Source of the DNA: Octopus sinensis
Taxonomy: Eukaryota
Assembly: GCF_006345805.1 (NCBI RefSeq)
Contig: NC_043017.1
Location: forward strand, 4,960,001-5,024,000
Length of the DNA: 64,000 bases
Direction of reading: 5' to 3'
Both the position numbers and the translations under genes were made by a program. The notes below the pieces were generated by a model. It was given only the letters and a program-made list of their open reading frames with translations. It searched no databases and was not told the DNA's origin. Positions 12,609-25,084 of the stretch are shown here, in pieces (position 1 is the stretch's first letter; each line of letters starts with the position of its first letter).

Positions 12609-13202
12609 ATGTATATGTATATAGTGTGAACTTACAAAAAGAAACAAAAGACGAAGATGGATGTGTAAACAACAAACAGATGTATTAGTTTAACGCTCAG
12701 AAAGTGAGAACGTCTTTTACATTTCGAGCCTATGCTCTTCGACAGAAAGGAACACAGAAATAAACAGGGAGAGAAAATAGAAAAAGGTTTAGTGGCTAGC
12801 AATCTATCATACACACACACACACAAAGCGGTGCCGAAAAGTAACTGAAAATGTTCTCTGTGGAACAAGCCTGTTGTAGTTCAGGTTTCCACTACTAGGA
12901 GCCACTTGATGTGACACTCAGACATCACTATACCGACCAGCGGTGTCAAGTGCCGTCCTACTGCCACATGGTGCATCTTTACTTTGCAGTGCTTCTCCCC
13001 TGTCCATCGATTTTTTTTGCTATGGCTGAAATGAAGGAACAGAGTGCTTCTGGGAAATTTGGTTTTCTGCCGAGGAAAACAACAGCCGAAACAATTGTTC
13101 ATTTTATAAGCAGGTTGATCCATTGATTGGATTAACTGGAACCCTTATCAGTATAACCGCTGTGTGCCAGATTTATATGTATATAAGAAAACATAGAGTT
13201 AA

Positions 13203-13605
13203 TAATCCTTTTTACTCTAGGTACAAGGCCTGAAATTTAGGGGGAGGGGCCCCCAATTAATTAGATCGACTCCAGTACGTAACTGGTACTTAATTTATTG
13301 ACCCTGAAAGGATAGAAGGCAAAGTTGACATTGACAGAATTTGAACTCAGAATGTAAAGACTGACGAAATACTTATTTCTTTACTACCCACAAGGGCCTA
13401 AACACGGAGAGGACAAACGAGGACAGACAAACGGATTAAGTCAATTATATCGACCCCAATGTGTAACTGGTACTTATTTAATTGACCCCGAAAGGATGAA
13501 AGGCAAAGTCGACCTCGGCAGAATTTGAACTCAGAACATAAAGACTGACGAAATACACTAAGCATTTCACCCAGTGTGCTAACGTTTCTGCCAGTTCGCC
13601 GCCCT
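13203..13605 (-). mobile_element. SINE family B dimer (two cores joined at the GAAATAC|TTATTTC junction)
   Basis: Full head at the right, long linker, second core and short tail at the left. Confidence 0.85.
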
Positions 13606-14530
13606 CATTATTAACATAGAGTTAATAACGGATGCTTATTTTATTTGTATCATTTGCACAATAAAATATAGCAAATAAATGATTTTAAAGGAACATATAA
13701 CTTTAATTTTAAAACAAGCATTAAAAGTCCTACATACGTTTCGATCTAGTTGCTTGGCAAAGTTTCATACATCAACAGGATTTGAACTGAGAATGTAAAG
13801 ATCCAGAGAAAATGCTGTTATGCATTTTGTTCTACATGCTAACAATTCCGTCATTGTGTCTCCATGATATGATATATAAAAATAAATGCGCCCTTTTAAA
13901 GCCTAGCCAGGCTCATGGGCCCAGTTTCCCGGTTTCTATGGCATATTTGTTTCCCAGCTGGACGAGACGCCAGTCCATCACAGTGTTACTCATTTTTGCC
14001 AGCTGAGTGAACTGGAGCAACAGGCGATGAAGTGTTTTGCTCAAGAAAACAACGCGTTGCCCGGTCCGGAATCGAAACCACAATCTTACGATCATGATGC
14101 TGACACCCTAACCACTAAGCCATGCACCTCCACGATATGATATATGGACACATCTAAATGGAAATGCCTAAAGGAAGTTGAAGGGCATTGCCATTTACAC
14201 TTGGAAGTTATCCTGGAGAGGATGACACTTGTGTAAAAAAATAAAAAAGTAGTTCCACCTATCAAGTAGATATTGGTCAAGTTACATCGTTACTTGATTG
14301 GGAACAACAACTGGTACTGTTTACAATTGGTTATGGAGTAAAAGTAAAAGAGTAGAAGAGAAAGAATGACTTCTATGAAATAATAGAGAGGGTGAGTATT
14401 CTCCTTAAGGGGAGAGAAACACTTTAGCGTTTATATTTTATCTTTTGTTTTTTATTTTTCTTATCTCAAAAGGTTGTTTTTTTTCCCGTGAGTGACAGAA
14501 AATATGATGCTTCCCATCTTTTCATAAAAT

Positions 14531-14958
14531 CCAGACATAGAGTCTTCCAACAGCCACCCTTGAGGCAGCACTACCTCTTCCAGGCACTTGATGTAGGCAT
14601 CTGTGTTGAGTCAGATGAATGGAGGCATAACATCGCCATCACTAGTGATCCCTTCAAACACCATGATGTTGGCTGGATGTTTGATTTTTATCGCTCTCAG
14701 TACATGTCCTTAGATTGTCCTCAGATTGACACCCAAAAACTCTGAAATGTTCATAATGGAGCTTCTGGCGTGAATGCCAAGCAGTGCAGCATGTCATTTC
14801 CAAATTTCTGGCTGAGTGAATTGCGTCGTGGTGCCTGTTTTTCTCACAGACAGTACCCAACTGACCCTACTATACTGTGTAGTTGACAAAATCAAAACAA
14901 ACAATTCACATGTGGAACTAAAAATATAAAATGGTGATAATTTAACCACCACACCCTG
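14531..14958 (-). mobile_element. Internally deleted, truncated Tc1/mariner (maT/DD37D-like) transposon
   Basis: TA|CAGGGTGTG terminus at 14958. Minus strand encodes QFTQPEIWK*HAALLGIHARSSIMNISEFLGVNLRT fused to IKHPANIMVFEGITSDGDVMPPFI*LNTDAYIKCLEEVVLP..RVAVGRLYVW. Confidence 0.8.
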
Positions 14959-16120
14959 TATATACATGTGTGTGTCTGAGTATGTATAATTGTGTGTGTG
15001 TGTCTGTGTATGTATAAGTGAGTGTGTGTAAATATCTAAACTAGACATTGTAAATATTTAACTTCATAAAATCACTTTGATATTTTTTTTTTTTGTTTTA
15101 CTTGCCATTATTTGATGGGAATTTTCTGAATGATTTTTATCTCTGATCACTTTCATACAAATAAGTGATGTGTGTGTGTATGTGTGTGTGTGCATTTGTG
15201 AGTGGATGCATGTGCCCATGCATATATGTCTGGGTGCGGTTGTCTGTATTTGTGTGTGTGTGAACGTGTGTGTATGTAGCTACATCTGTATTTCTGTGTG
15301 TGTATATGTCTATCTATTTTTATGTGTGTGTGTTCATGTACATGTGCTCACATATTTGTGTGTGAGTGTGTGTATGCTCACATGTGTGTGCATGTCTATT
15401 TTCATGGGTGTGTGTGTGTTTATGTATATGTGGTCATGTATTAGTGTGTGTGTGTTTGTGTGTGTGTTTCCTAGCTAGACAATGTAAAAATTATTTAACT
15501 CTACAAGATGGCTAATTTCTTTTCTTCAAACCATTAGTTCTTTGATGAGACTATGGTGCCTGATTGATATCAGAATTTTCTGTAGTTAATAGATAACCAT
15601 TCTGGTTACTGTGGAATGGTAAATAATTGCTCTAGAGACTGTTTCTTCAATGATAAACAAATAAATAAGAATATTAAAAAAAAAAAAATGAGAAAATATA
15701 TATAATCTATGAGACTTGTCAGAAACTAACAACAAAAACAATACTTGGCTTTTAAATAAAATATTACAAAAGCTGCCTCGTTAAAATTAAAAGTATATTC
15801 GTTAAAATACTCTCTCTGCGAAAAGAGAGAAAATAAAGTTGTGTCGTTCAAAGAAAATCTTGGTTTATTCTATGTAATATTAGATGATAATAAAATTGTA
15901 GTTCTGAGTATCATTTGTTTGGAAACGGCTTTGATCTCTGATTAGATATTATTGGAACTGTGAGAGTTTGGTAGAGTCATTGTAGTTATTACAAAGATGT
16001 AGGCACTTTATATTTCCTTTGACTGTTGTGGCATATATTGGGAGTGGTGTACGCATCTCTGGTCAAAATTGTGGCTTTGAGCTTCTGTTAGAGATTAAGA
16101 AAATGATGATGATGATAATA

Positions 16121-16412
16121 TTACGGAGATGTACTTGCATAGCAAGTGACTTGATCTGAGATCGTGTGCTGAGAGAAAAAAAAAAGACAGTTGCAGCCTG
16201 GAGGATGTTTGTTAGCCATTCAAGAACATAAAAAAAAACTGTTAATTTCACTTCAACATTTAAATTTCATTTGTGTCAAAAAATATTTTTGTCACTTTGA
16301 AACTACAAAACTTTGTGCTGCATCTCTTATGAGATGCGGCACGAAGTTTTATCAGTGTTGAAGTGAAACTAGCAGCTCTTGCCTGTTCTTGAATGGCTTA
16401 CAAACATCTTCC
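16121..16412. mobile_element. Foldback/palindromic repeat element with long inverted arms and a central hairpin
   Basis: Arm at ~16200-16259 is mirrored at ~16356-16412; central 20-bp stem 16307-16326/16331-16350. Confidence 0.7.
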
Positions 16413-17008
16413 TATTTCTTTACTACCCACAAGGGGCTAAACACAGAGGGGACAAACAAGGACAGACAAACGGATTAAGTTGATTACATCGACCCCAGTG
16501 CGTAACTGGTACTTATTTAATCGACCCCGAAAGGATGAAGGGTAAAGTTGACCTCAGAGGAATTTGAACTCAGAATGTAGTGGCAGACGAAATACCTATT
16601 TCTTTACTACCCACAAGGGGCTAAACACAGAGGGGACAAACAAGGACAGACAAACGGATTAAGTCGATTACATCGACCCCAGTGCGTAACTGGTACTTAT
16701 TTAATCGACCCCGAAAGGATGAAGGGTAAAGTTGACCTCAGAGGAATTTGAACTCAGAATGTAGTGGCAGACGAAATACCTATTTCTTTACTACCCACAA
16801 GGGGCTAAACACAGAGGGGACAAACAAGGACAGACAACGGATTAAGTCGATTACATCGACCCCAGTGCGTAACTGGTACTTAATTTATTGACCCTGAAAG
16901 GATGAAAGGCAAAGTCAACCTCAGCGGAATTGGAACTCAGAACGGCAGATGAAATATGGCTACGCATTTCACCCAGCGTGCTAACGTTTCTGCCAGCTCA
17001 CTGCCTTA
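16411..17008 (-). mobile_element. SINE family B trimer, 184-bp period
   Basis: cctatttctttactaccc at 16411, 16595 and 16779; the first two units share private variants. Confidence 0.9.
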
Positions 17009-18274
17009 GCAAACTACTTACCACCCAGCCACTCTTATGCCTATGTAAGTTTGTAAGGTATTTTACTAAATTCTTTGTTATATTCAAAATCAACTGAAAG
17101 AAACTCAGATCATCTCAACAGAAATACGATAACAAAAGGATTCGTGTCAAGAATTATTTCACAAAGCAACTCTTCTCAATTATCCGCCACCTTAACTTGA
17201 TATGATCACAGAATCTTATTAAATAAATAAATTGTGGTTGTTGTTGTTGTTGCTGTTCTTGCCACTGTGGTTCCTGTTGTTGTTCTGGGATTGTGTGAGT
17301 CATGACAATTGAAAATTACTTCCACTTGGTCAGTGGGGCCAGATTGGCTGAGGAAAGTTCTTTTGGAAGGGCTTCTCAATAACACTGCACTTGAGAGCCT
17401 TCATCGGATGACCACTTACATACTTTTGTGGTGGTGGGCATGGTGGCAGTGATAATGAGGATCATTGTCATGGTGGTGGCAGTGATGGTTGAGTGGTGGT
17501 GGTGGTGGTGGTTTTGTGGCAAGTCTAGTGGTTAACAGACTTATAAGCATTCTTTGACATCATATCTTTCTCCTAAAGTGCTGTTTGGCACTCAATCACA
17601 CACATACACACACACACACACACGGTTATACACACACATAGCTATAGACTTTACGTGCACAGACAGTTATAGACATGCACATGGCTATACACACATACAC
17701 ATTGTTACATGCACACACACACAGTTATACATACACATGTACACATACATGGTTATGCGCACACACACATGGCTATAGACTCACACATACATAACTATAG
17801 ACTCACACAGACACACATGGTTATATATACGCACACACAAGCTCACATATTTATACACATGCATATACATGTATATACACTCGCACATATCTACATATAC
17901 ATTTACACACACAAATACATATGTATGCATTTACACACACACTCATATATACACACACAAATACATATTTAAATATATACGCATTCATATGCGCACACAC
18001 AGATATACACACATATACATGTATATATGCTCACATATATACATATACATTTGCACATATACATGCAAACACATACATACAGCAATACCTCAATTGTACA
18101 AGGTCCTGCTTTTTGAGCTCCCTGGTTTATGAGTTTTCTTTTATAATAAATATAAAGGCCCAAATTCTGAACGAAGGGCAAAAGTTTCTACTACCATAAC
18201 AAATGCTTCTGTGTGTTACCAAGAGATTTATAGAGAACACAAAAAAGCTTCTAAACAAACAACTCTAGATTTAG

Positions 18275-18640
18275 CACTGCTCCAGCTTGACCATTACCAG
18301 TGTCGCCTGACTGGCTCCTGTGCTGGTGGCACATAAAAAGCACCATTTGAGCATGGTCGTTGCCAGTGCTGCCTGACCAGCTCTCATGCAGGTGGCACAT
18401 AAAATGCACCATTTGAGCATGGTTGTTGCCGGTGCCACCTGACTTGCTCCTGTGCTGGTGGCACGTAAAAGGTACCATTGAAGCATGCCAGTACTGCCTG
18501 AGTGGCCCTCATGGCAGTGGCATGTAAAAAGCACCCACCACACTCTCTGAGTGGTTGGTGTTAGGAAATGCCATCCAGCTGTAGAAACCTTGCCAGCTCA
18601 GATTGGAGCCTGGTGCAGGCCATTGGCTTGCCAGTCCTCT
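18275..18640 (+). mobile_element. RTE LINE 3' UTR fragment with 66-bp tandem units
   Basis: ggtggcac at 18325, 18391 and 18457, followed by GTGGTTGGTGTTAGGAA..CATCCAGCT. The same segment follows the RTE ORF end at 54232-54575. Confidence 0.75.
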
Positions 18641-18767
18641 ATTTATTTTTTTTAAAGCCTGGTACTTATTTTATCAGTCCCTTTTGCTGAACTGCTACAA
18701 TATGTAGACATAAACACATCAACACCAGTTGTCAAACAGTGGTGGGGGACAAACACAGATAGACACA

Positions 18768-18816
<49 letters not shown>

Positions 18817-18906
18817 TACACATATATACATTGGCCTTCTTTCAGTTTCCATCTTACAAATCCACTCACAAGTCTTTGGTTTGTCTGAGACTATACCAGA
18901 AAACGT

Positions 18907-19206
18907 GGAGCCACATGGCCTAGTGGTTAGAGCAGCGGACTCACGGTCGAGGGATCGTGGGTTTGAATCTCAGACTGGGCGATGTGTGTGTTTACGAGCG
19001 AAACACCTAAGCTCTACACGGCTCTGGCAGAAGGTAGTGGTGAACTTCTGCTGACCCTTTTGCCACAACTTTCTCTCACTCTTTCCTCCTGCATCTTCCA
19101 GCTCGCCTGCGACGGACCTGCGTCCCATCCAGGTGGGGAACCTATACGCCAAGGAAACTGGGAAACTGGCCCTTATGAGCCATGCATGGCTCGAGAAGGA
19201 ACAAAC
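18907..19206 (+). mobile_element. SINE family C variant, near full length
   Basis: GGCCTAGTGGTTAG A-box and GGTTTGAATC B-box; reverse copy at 46535-46822. Confidence 0.8.
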
Positions 19207-19547
19207 ATACCAGAGAACACTTGTCCAAGGTGTCAGGCAGTGGGACTGAACCTAGAATCACGGGGTTAGGAAGCAAGCTTCTTACCACTCAGCCATGCAA
19301 TTTACACAAACACACACATATTTATACAAGAGGCTTCTTTCAGTTTCCTTCTCCCAAATCTACTCACATGTCTTTAGTTGGCTCAAGGCTGCACCAGATG
19401 ATACATGGTCAAGGTGTCAGGCAGTGGGACTGAACCCTGAATCATTTGGCTGGGAAGCAAGTTTTTTATCACACAGCCATGCCATTTACACACACACACA
19501 CACACACACCCTCTCTCTCCCTCTCTCTCTGTCTCTCTCTATTTATT

Positions 19548-19964
19548 TCTTACTCTTTTACTCTTTTACTTGTTTCAGTCATTTGACTGCGGCCATGCTG
19601 GAGCACTGCCTTTAGTCGAGCAAATCGACCCCGGGACTTATTCTTTGTAAGCCCAGTACTTATTCTATCGGTCTCTTTTGCCGAACCGCTGAGTAACAGG
19701 GACGTAAACACACCAGCATCGGTTGTCAAGCAATGCTAGGGGGACAAACACAGACACACAACCACACACACCACATATATATATATATATATACATATAT
19801 ACGACAGGCTTCTTTCAGTTTCCGTCTACCAAATCCACTCACAAGGCATTGGTCGGCCCGGGGCTATAGCAGAAGACACTTGCCCAAGATGCCACACAGT
19901 GGGACTGAACCCGGAACCGTGTGGTTGGTTAGCAAGCTACTTACCACACAGCCACTCCTGCGCC
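19548..19964 (-). mobile_element. SINE family A, full length, near-consensus
   Basis: Head GGCGCAGGAGTGGCTGTGTGGTAAG..GGTTCAGTCCC, internal (TA)/(TG) microsatellite, AAAAGAGT tail. Confidence 0.9.
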
Positions 19965-20141
19965 TAGTTAATAAATTCGAGGAAACATTTCCTAAAGATC
20001 CAGTGTTTGGGGACTCCATAACGATAGTAATATTAATTAAAAAAATATGAATAATTATACAATTATATATATAAATATGCAAATGAGCCAAAATTTATAG
20101 AAACAAACAAACAAACAATAAATTAACAAACTCAATATTAC

Positions 20142-20240
20142 NNNNNNNNNNNNNNNNNNNNNNNNNNNNNNNNNNNNNNNNNNNNNNNNNNNNNNNNNNN
20201 NNNNNNNNNNNNNNNNNNNNNNNNNNNNNNNNNNNNNNNN
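20142..20240. other. Assembly gap (99 N)
   Basis: Directly visible. Confidence 0.99.
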
Positions 20241-20497
20241 NAAATTAACGTGCAAGTGGCTGAGTACTCCACCATGACATGTGTACCCTTAAAGTAGTTC
20301 TCAGGGTGATTCAGGGTGACAGGGTATAGGATAAAGCTGATCCCCCCTTTGAATTACTGGTACTACTCATTTTTGCCAGCTGAGTGGACTGGAGCGATGA
20401 AAAATGAAGTGTCTTGCTCAAGGACACATCACACCACCATGTATTGAACTCAGGACCTTATGATTGTGAGCCAACTATCCTAACCACTAAGCCATGT
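20241..20497 (-). mobile_element. SINE family D (CORE-like domain, different 3' part)
   Basis: Shares GTCTTGCTCAAG/CCAGTCCACTCAGCTGGCAAAAATGAG with family C; related copies at 25900-26222, 28645-28960, 35845-36090 and 47255-47432. Confidence 0.75.
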
Positions 20498-20506
20498 ATA
20501 TATATA

Positions 20507-20901
20507 GTGCAGGTGTGGCTGTGTGGTAAGGAGCTTGCTTACTGACCACATGGTTCCAGGTTCAGTATCACTGCATGGTACCTGGGGCAAGTGTCTTCTA
20601 CTATAGCCCTGGGTCAACCAAAGCCTTGTGAGTGGATTTGGTAGACGGAAACTGAAAGAAGCCTGGCGTATATATGTATATATATGTATATGTGTGTGTG
20701 TCTGTTTGTCCCTGCCACCATCGCTTGACAACTGATGTTGGTGTATTTACATCCCCATAACTTAGCAGTTCGGCAAAAGGGACCTGATAGAATAAGTACT
20801 AGGCTTACAAAGAATAAGTCCTCGGATTGATTTCTTTGACTAAAGGTGGTGTTCCAGCATGGCCACAGTCGAATGACTGAAACAAGTAAAGGATTAAAAG
20901 A
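20507..20901 (+). mobile_element. SINE family A, full length
   Basis: Colinear with 19548-19964 in the opposite orientation. Confidence 0.9.
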
Positions 20902-22523
20902 ATATAGCTGATTAAAGCCCTGTGAATAGATCTGTTGGGTGGAAACCGAAAGAAGCCTGTCATGTGTTGTGTGTGTGATGGTATTTGTGTGATATCTTCT
21001 CCCAGAAAGGTCAGGGTGACCCTGATGACTTCAAAAACAAAGTGACTAAACACTCGATCCCTGCAATTCTAAATTCCCTACAGTAGATAACTGGAAGAGA
21101 AGTGGAAAGCGATACTCAGCAATGATATTCTGGTGTTACATTGCATCTCTCAGACATTAAAGAGAGGCGGGGGTATGATTTATCATTATTTTGCGGATGT
21201 ACGAAGCCTCCAGCCGTATGTTTTTATAAAAACTTGGTAACGTGAAGCAAGAACAAAGTACCCTGTTACTGCTGCAAGAACTGGGATTTTCCTTTCAGTA
21301 TCTGTTGCACATTGACTAAATTCTGAGAATAAACTTCTGTGAATTTTGGTAGTAAAATGATTTAAAGAATTTAATGTATTTTAAATTTTTCTTTTCTTCT
21401 CACAAATAAGAAAATATTTGTAAAATTATTTTCTAATAGGTGTCGGTGTGACTGTGTGGTAAGAAGCTTGCTTCCCAACAACATGGTACCAGGTTCAGTC
21501 CCACTGCATGGCACCTTGGGCAAGTGTCTTCTACAATAGTTTCAGGCTGACCAATGCCTTGTGAGTGGATTTGGTCAACGGAAACTGGAAGACGCTTGTC
21601 TTATATATGTATATATCTGTGTGTGTCTGTGTATATAAATATATATATATATATATATGTATATGGAGACAAACACCAATGTTCCATGTGGGAGGCTTGA
21701 TAATTGTTAATGAGACTAATGGTGGCCTTAACCTATAAATAAATAATTTTTTATCGATCACTGTGGAACTGGCAGAGTCGTTATCACTTCAGACACAATG
21801 CTTAGTGGCATTTCGTCTGTCTTTGTGTTTTGTGTTCAAATTCAATCAAGTTCAAATTTGGCTTTTAGTCTTTTGGGGGTCAGTGAATGTAGTACCAGTT
21901 CAGCTCTGATGCTGATGTAATTGATTATCCCCTCCCCTCAAAATATCAAGTCTCATGTCTATAGTAGCAAGAAATGTGTTTGTGTATGTAAGATAATGTT
22001 TTTCTCTGTGTGTGTGTGTGTGTGTGAGTCTCCTTGTCTTGAAATCACATGGTTGTTGGGAATGGTTGTAATTCATTTCCATTACTCTGTGAAAATATGT
22101 TAACATGTCTGGTTATTGAAAAATATTACCTTGATCGGAAACAGGTAAGGGTTAGCAACTAAAAGGGCATCAAGCCGTAGAAAAATCTGCCTCAATAAAT
22201 TCTGTCCAACCCATGCAAGTCTGGAAAAGAGGACATTAAATTGACGATGTTGTTTATGGTAATGACCACGATAGAATCATTTCCTTTGTCATATATAAAC
22301 ACAACACAGATGTCCATTTATATACTTAGTGCTGTCGTAATACACCGAAGAACGAATGGAGACAATTCTGTGATGGAATTCCTGTCAAGTAATGCTGTCT
22401 TCTCAAGATGTTTATGTATGGAGACAAGGACCGATTATAAGAGAAGTTTCTGCAGTTTGCATTACGAACTGGAGTCTCTGTTCTGAATTCTTCTGATATT
22501 TTCTTGGCAATGGTTTGCAAAAA

Positions 22524-22637
22524 ATGCTTAACAAGAGGGAAAATATTTGCTTTTGCACATTTCAAAGCCATACTGTGTCTGTTCTCTCTTTAAAATCTAG
22601 ATGTATCTCTCTCTTTACTGGTGAAATTTCTGAACAG
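22524..22637 (+). CDS. Candidate alternative first coding exon MLNKRENICFCTFQSHTVSVLSLKSRCISLFTGEISEQ (phase 0)
   Basis: aaaATG and CAG|gtatca donor; 38 open codons inside a ~400-bp non-repetitive island; phase-compatible with 47009. Confidence 0.25.
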
Positions 22638-22802
22638 GTATCAGTCATCTGTGTCTATTGCAGTGTAAACAAGCAGAACAACAACAGCAACTACTACTAC
22701 TGCTACTGCTGCTGCTGCTGCTGCTGCTACTACTACTACCACCACTACTACTACTACAAGGGCGACAGCAACATTAAATCTTTGTTTCATTTTTGTAGAT
22801 AT

Positions 22803-23032
22803 TGGTCATGCAGTCATGTTCCCCCATCATACAGCTGTTTCCTTGTCATGCAGCTGTGTTCCCCCGTTGTGCAGCTGTGTTCCCCCATCATGCAGCTGTG
22901 TTTCCCTGTCATGCAGTTGTGCTCCCTATCATGTTATGTTCCTCCATCATGCAGTCATGTTCCCCCATCATGCACCTTATGATCCTCCATCAAGCAATTG
23001 TGTTCCTCTGTCGTGGAGATACATTCCCTGTC
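22803..23032. repeat. 21-bp minisatellite (ATCATGCAGCTGTGTTCCCCC), ~10 copies
   Basis: Directly visible; explains the MQLCSPV, HAAVFP and SCSCVPP ORFs. Confidence 0.9.
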
Positions 23033-23619
23033 TTTGAGTTAAATCTACCTCCATCATGGAGTTATTTTATCAAAATTCCTCTTTCCAAAATTCATTTTCC
23101 TTTTTATTTTTTCTCGTTATTTTTTTTCTTCATTTCTTTTTTTAACTCTTTTCAACTCTTTATCTCTCTCTCTCTCTCTCTGTCTGTCTGTCTGTCCCTA
23201 GTCTCTTCAATCTCATTTTAATCACCCTTCCAACCCACCCACCCTTTAACTCCCCTTCCCCCCCATATCTAGTTATATTTCTCCAAGAATTTCTATTGCT
23301 TTCCTCCATCACCTGATTAATTCTGGTCCCTTTCTTGCTCTCTGCACACACCACAAGTCACCCCACCACCACGAAGCCACTGCCATTACCCTTAACGGAA
23401 ACCCCCACACACACCCATGCTACCCCACCCCCATACTCCTATGTGACTCCCCGCTCCACTCCACCTCCTCCCCCATCACCACCCTGTCACACCCTTTCAC
23501 TTCATATTAGAGACTCTTTGCCTCTCCACCCCCATGCCCACCACCCTCTTGCTGTAACTTATCCTTTTGATAGGAGACACACGCATCCCTCCCCCCACCC
23601 ACTTTCACTTTTGTTTTCT

Positions 23620-24300
23620 TGCAAATTTCTACACTTCTCTCACTCGGCTCTCTTCTCCTTCTCTCCCTTCCACCTTCTATCTCTCCTCTCTTTATCTCTC
23701 TGTCCCTCCTTTCTCTATTTATCTCTCTCCTCTCTTTCTCTCTCCTCTCTATCTCTCTCTCCTCTCCTCTCTCTGTCTGTCTGTCTCTCTTTCTCTCCTC
23801 TCTCTGTCTCTCTTTCTCTCCTCTCTCTTTCTCTCTCTCTCTCTCTCTTCTCTTTCTCTCTCTCTCTTTCTCTCTTTCTCTCCTCTCTCTTTCTCTCTCT
23901 CTCTCTCTCTTCTCTTTCTCTCTCTCTCTTTCTCTCTTTCTATCTCTCCTCTTTTTTCTCCATCTCTTTTCTATCTTTCTCTATTTCTCTCTTTCTCTCT
24001 ATCCACCCCTCTTTTCTCTCCATATTTCCTCCCTTCTCTCCTTTCTTTTTCTCTCTCCCTCTCTCTCTGTCATCATAACAGATTGTAATTAAACACAGAC
24101 TCCATCACTCTCACCACATCTCCAAACACATTCTCCCACCCTCTCTCTCTCTCTCTCTCTCTCTCGCTCTCTCTCCTCTCCCCTTCCCTCCCTCTACCTC
24201 CCTCCTTCTCTCTTAACACCCCTCAAAAGAGACTCTGAGCAAAACAGCTTCTCTTTCTCCTTCTCTCTCCACTCACCCCTTCTCTCCCCCCTCCACCTCT
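23620..24300. repeat. (CT)n-rich polypyrimidine tract
   Basis: Directly visible; a similar tract lies at 26985-27370. Confidence 0.95.
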
Positions 24301-25084
24301 GTCTTGTTCTCTGCTGTGTTTCAGAGGTGCTTTTAACCTCATAATCATTACTTAACATAATTACTACAATCACGGCTGTCGTTGTGGTTGTCGACATTAT
24401 TGTCGTTGTTATGGGTCTTGTTGTTATTGTCATCATGGTGGTTGTAATAGCAGCTGTTGTTGTTGTTAGTATTTTTCTTTAGATTATTTCGTTGTTGTAC
24501 ATAGCAAATTCTATATTCGCAGAGAAATCTTTTTTTTGTTTTGTTTTGTTTTGTTGTTTTTTTTACCAATTCTTGCTACATTAGCAGGAATAAAATCAAA
24601 ACCATTTTTACACAAAAATCATAGAATACACCAGATCTCCATTATAATGTCTTTCTCTGTCAAACTCTTTGCATTATCTCAGCTTTTACAATTTCTCCGA
24701 CATATTTAGTTATTCTCTTCTAGAGGGACAGGCATGGCTGCGAGGTTAAGAAGCTTGCTTTGCAACCATGTAACTTTGGGTTCAATCCTCATGTGTGGCA
24801 CCTTGTACAAAGTGTCTTCTACTATAACCCAGACTAACCACAGCCTTGTGAATAGACTTAGTATACAACAATTGAAGAAGTCTGCTGTGATGATTCAATA
24901 ACACAACATCTAATAATCTAACAGCATATCTTTTCTAACTCTCTGATGAGTTTTTGCCTAATATAATGATTTAATTATTGGTATGTAATCTTTTAGGCTT
25001 AATTGAAACAGCTGTAAGAAAACATGTTGGATTTTTGCAGATAATAAATTATATTAATGCTATATCTCCATTTTCTTATATATA

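Noticed and set aside
13040-13120. ORF MAEMKEQSASGKFGFLPRKTTAETIVHFISRL as a host exon
   Set aside because: It resembles the QFGF...STTDAI motif of LINE reverse transcriptase; likely a decayed fragment, too short to call firmly.
16411-16780. Hammerhead retrozyme interpretation of the 184-bp units
   Set aside because: No CUGANGA-stem-GAAA core is seen on either strand.
18907-18980. tRNA genes
   Set aside because: The tRNA-like sequences are SINE heads that continue into repeat bodies and lack an acceptor stem.
22330-22392. Phase-0 exon CCRNTPKNEWRQFCDGIPVK*
   Set aside because: Weak acceptor; it would truncate the RasGAP; no homology recognised.
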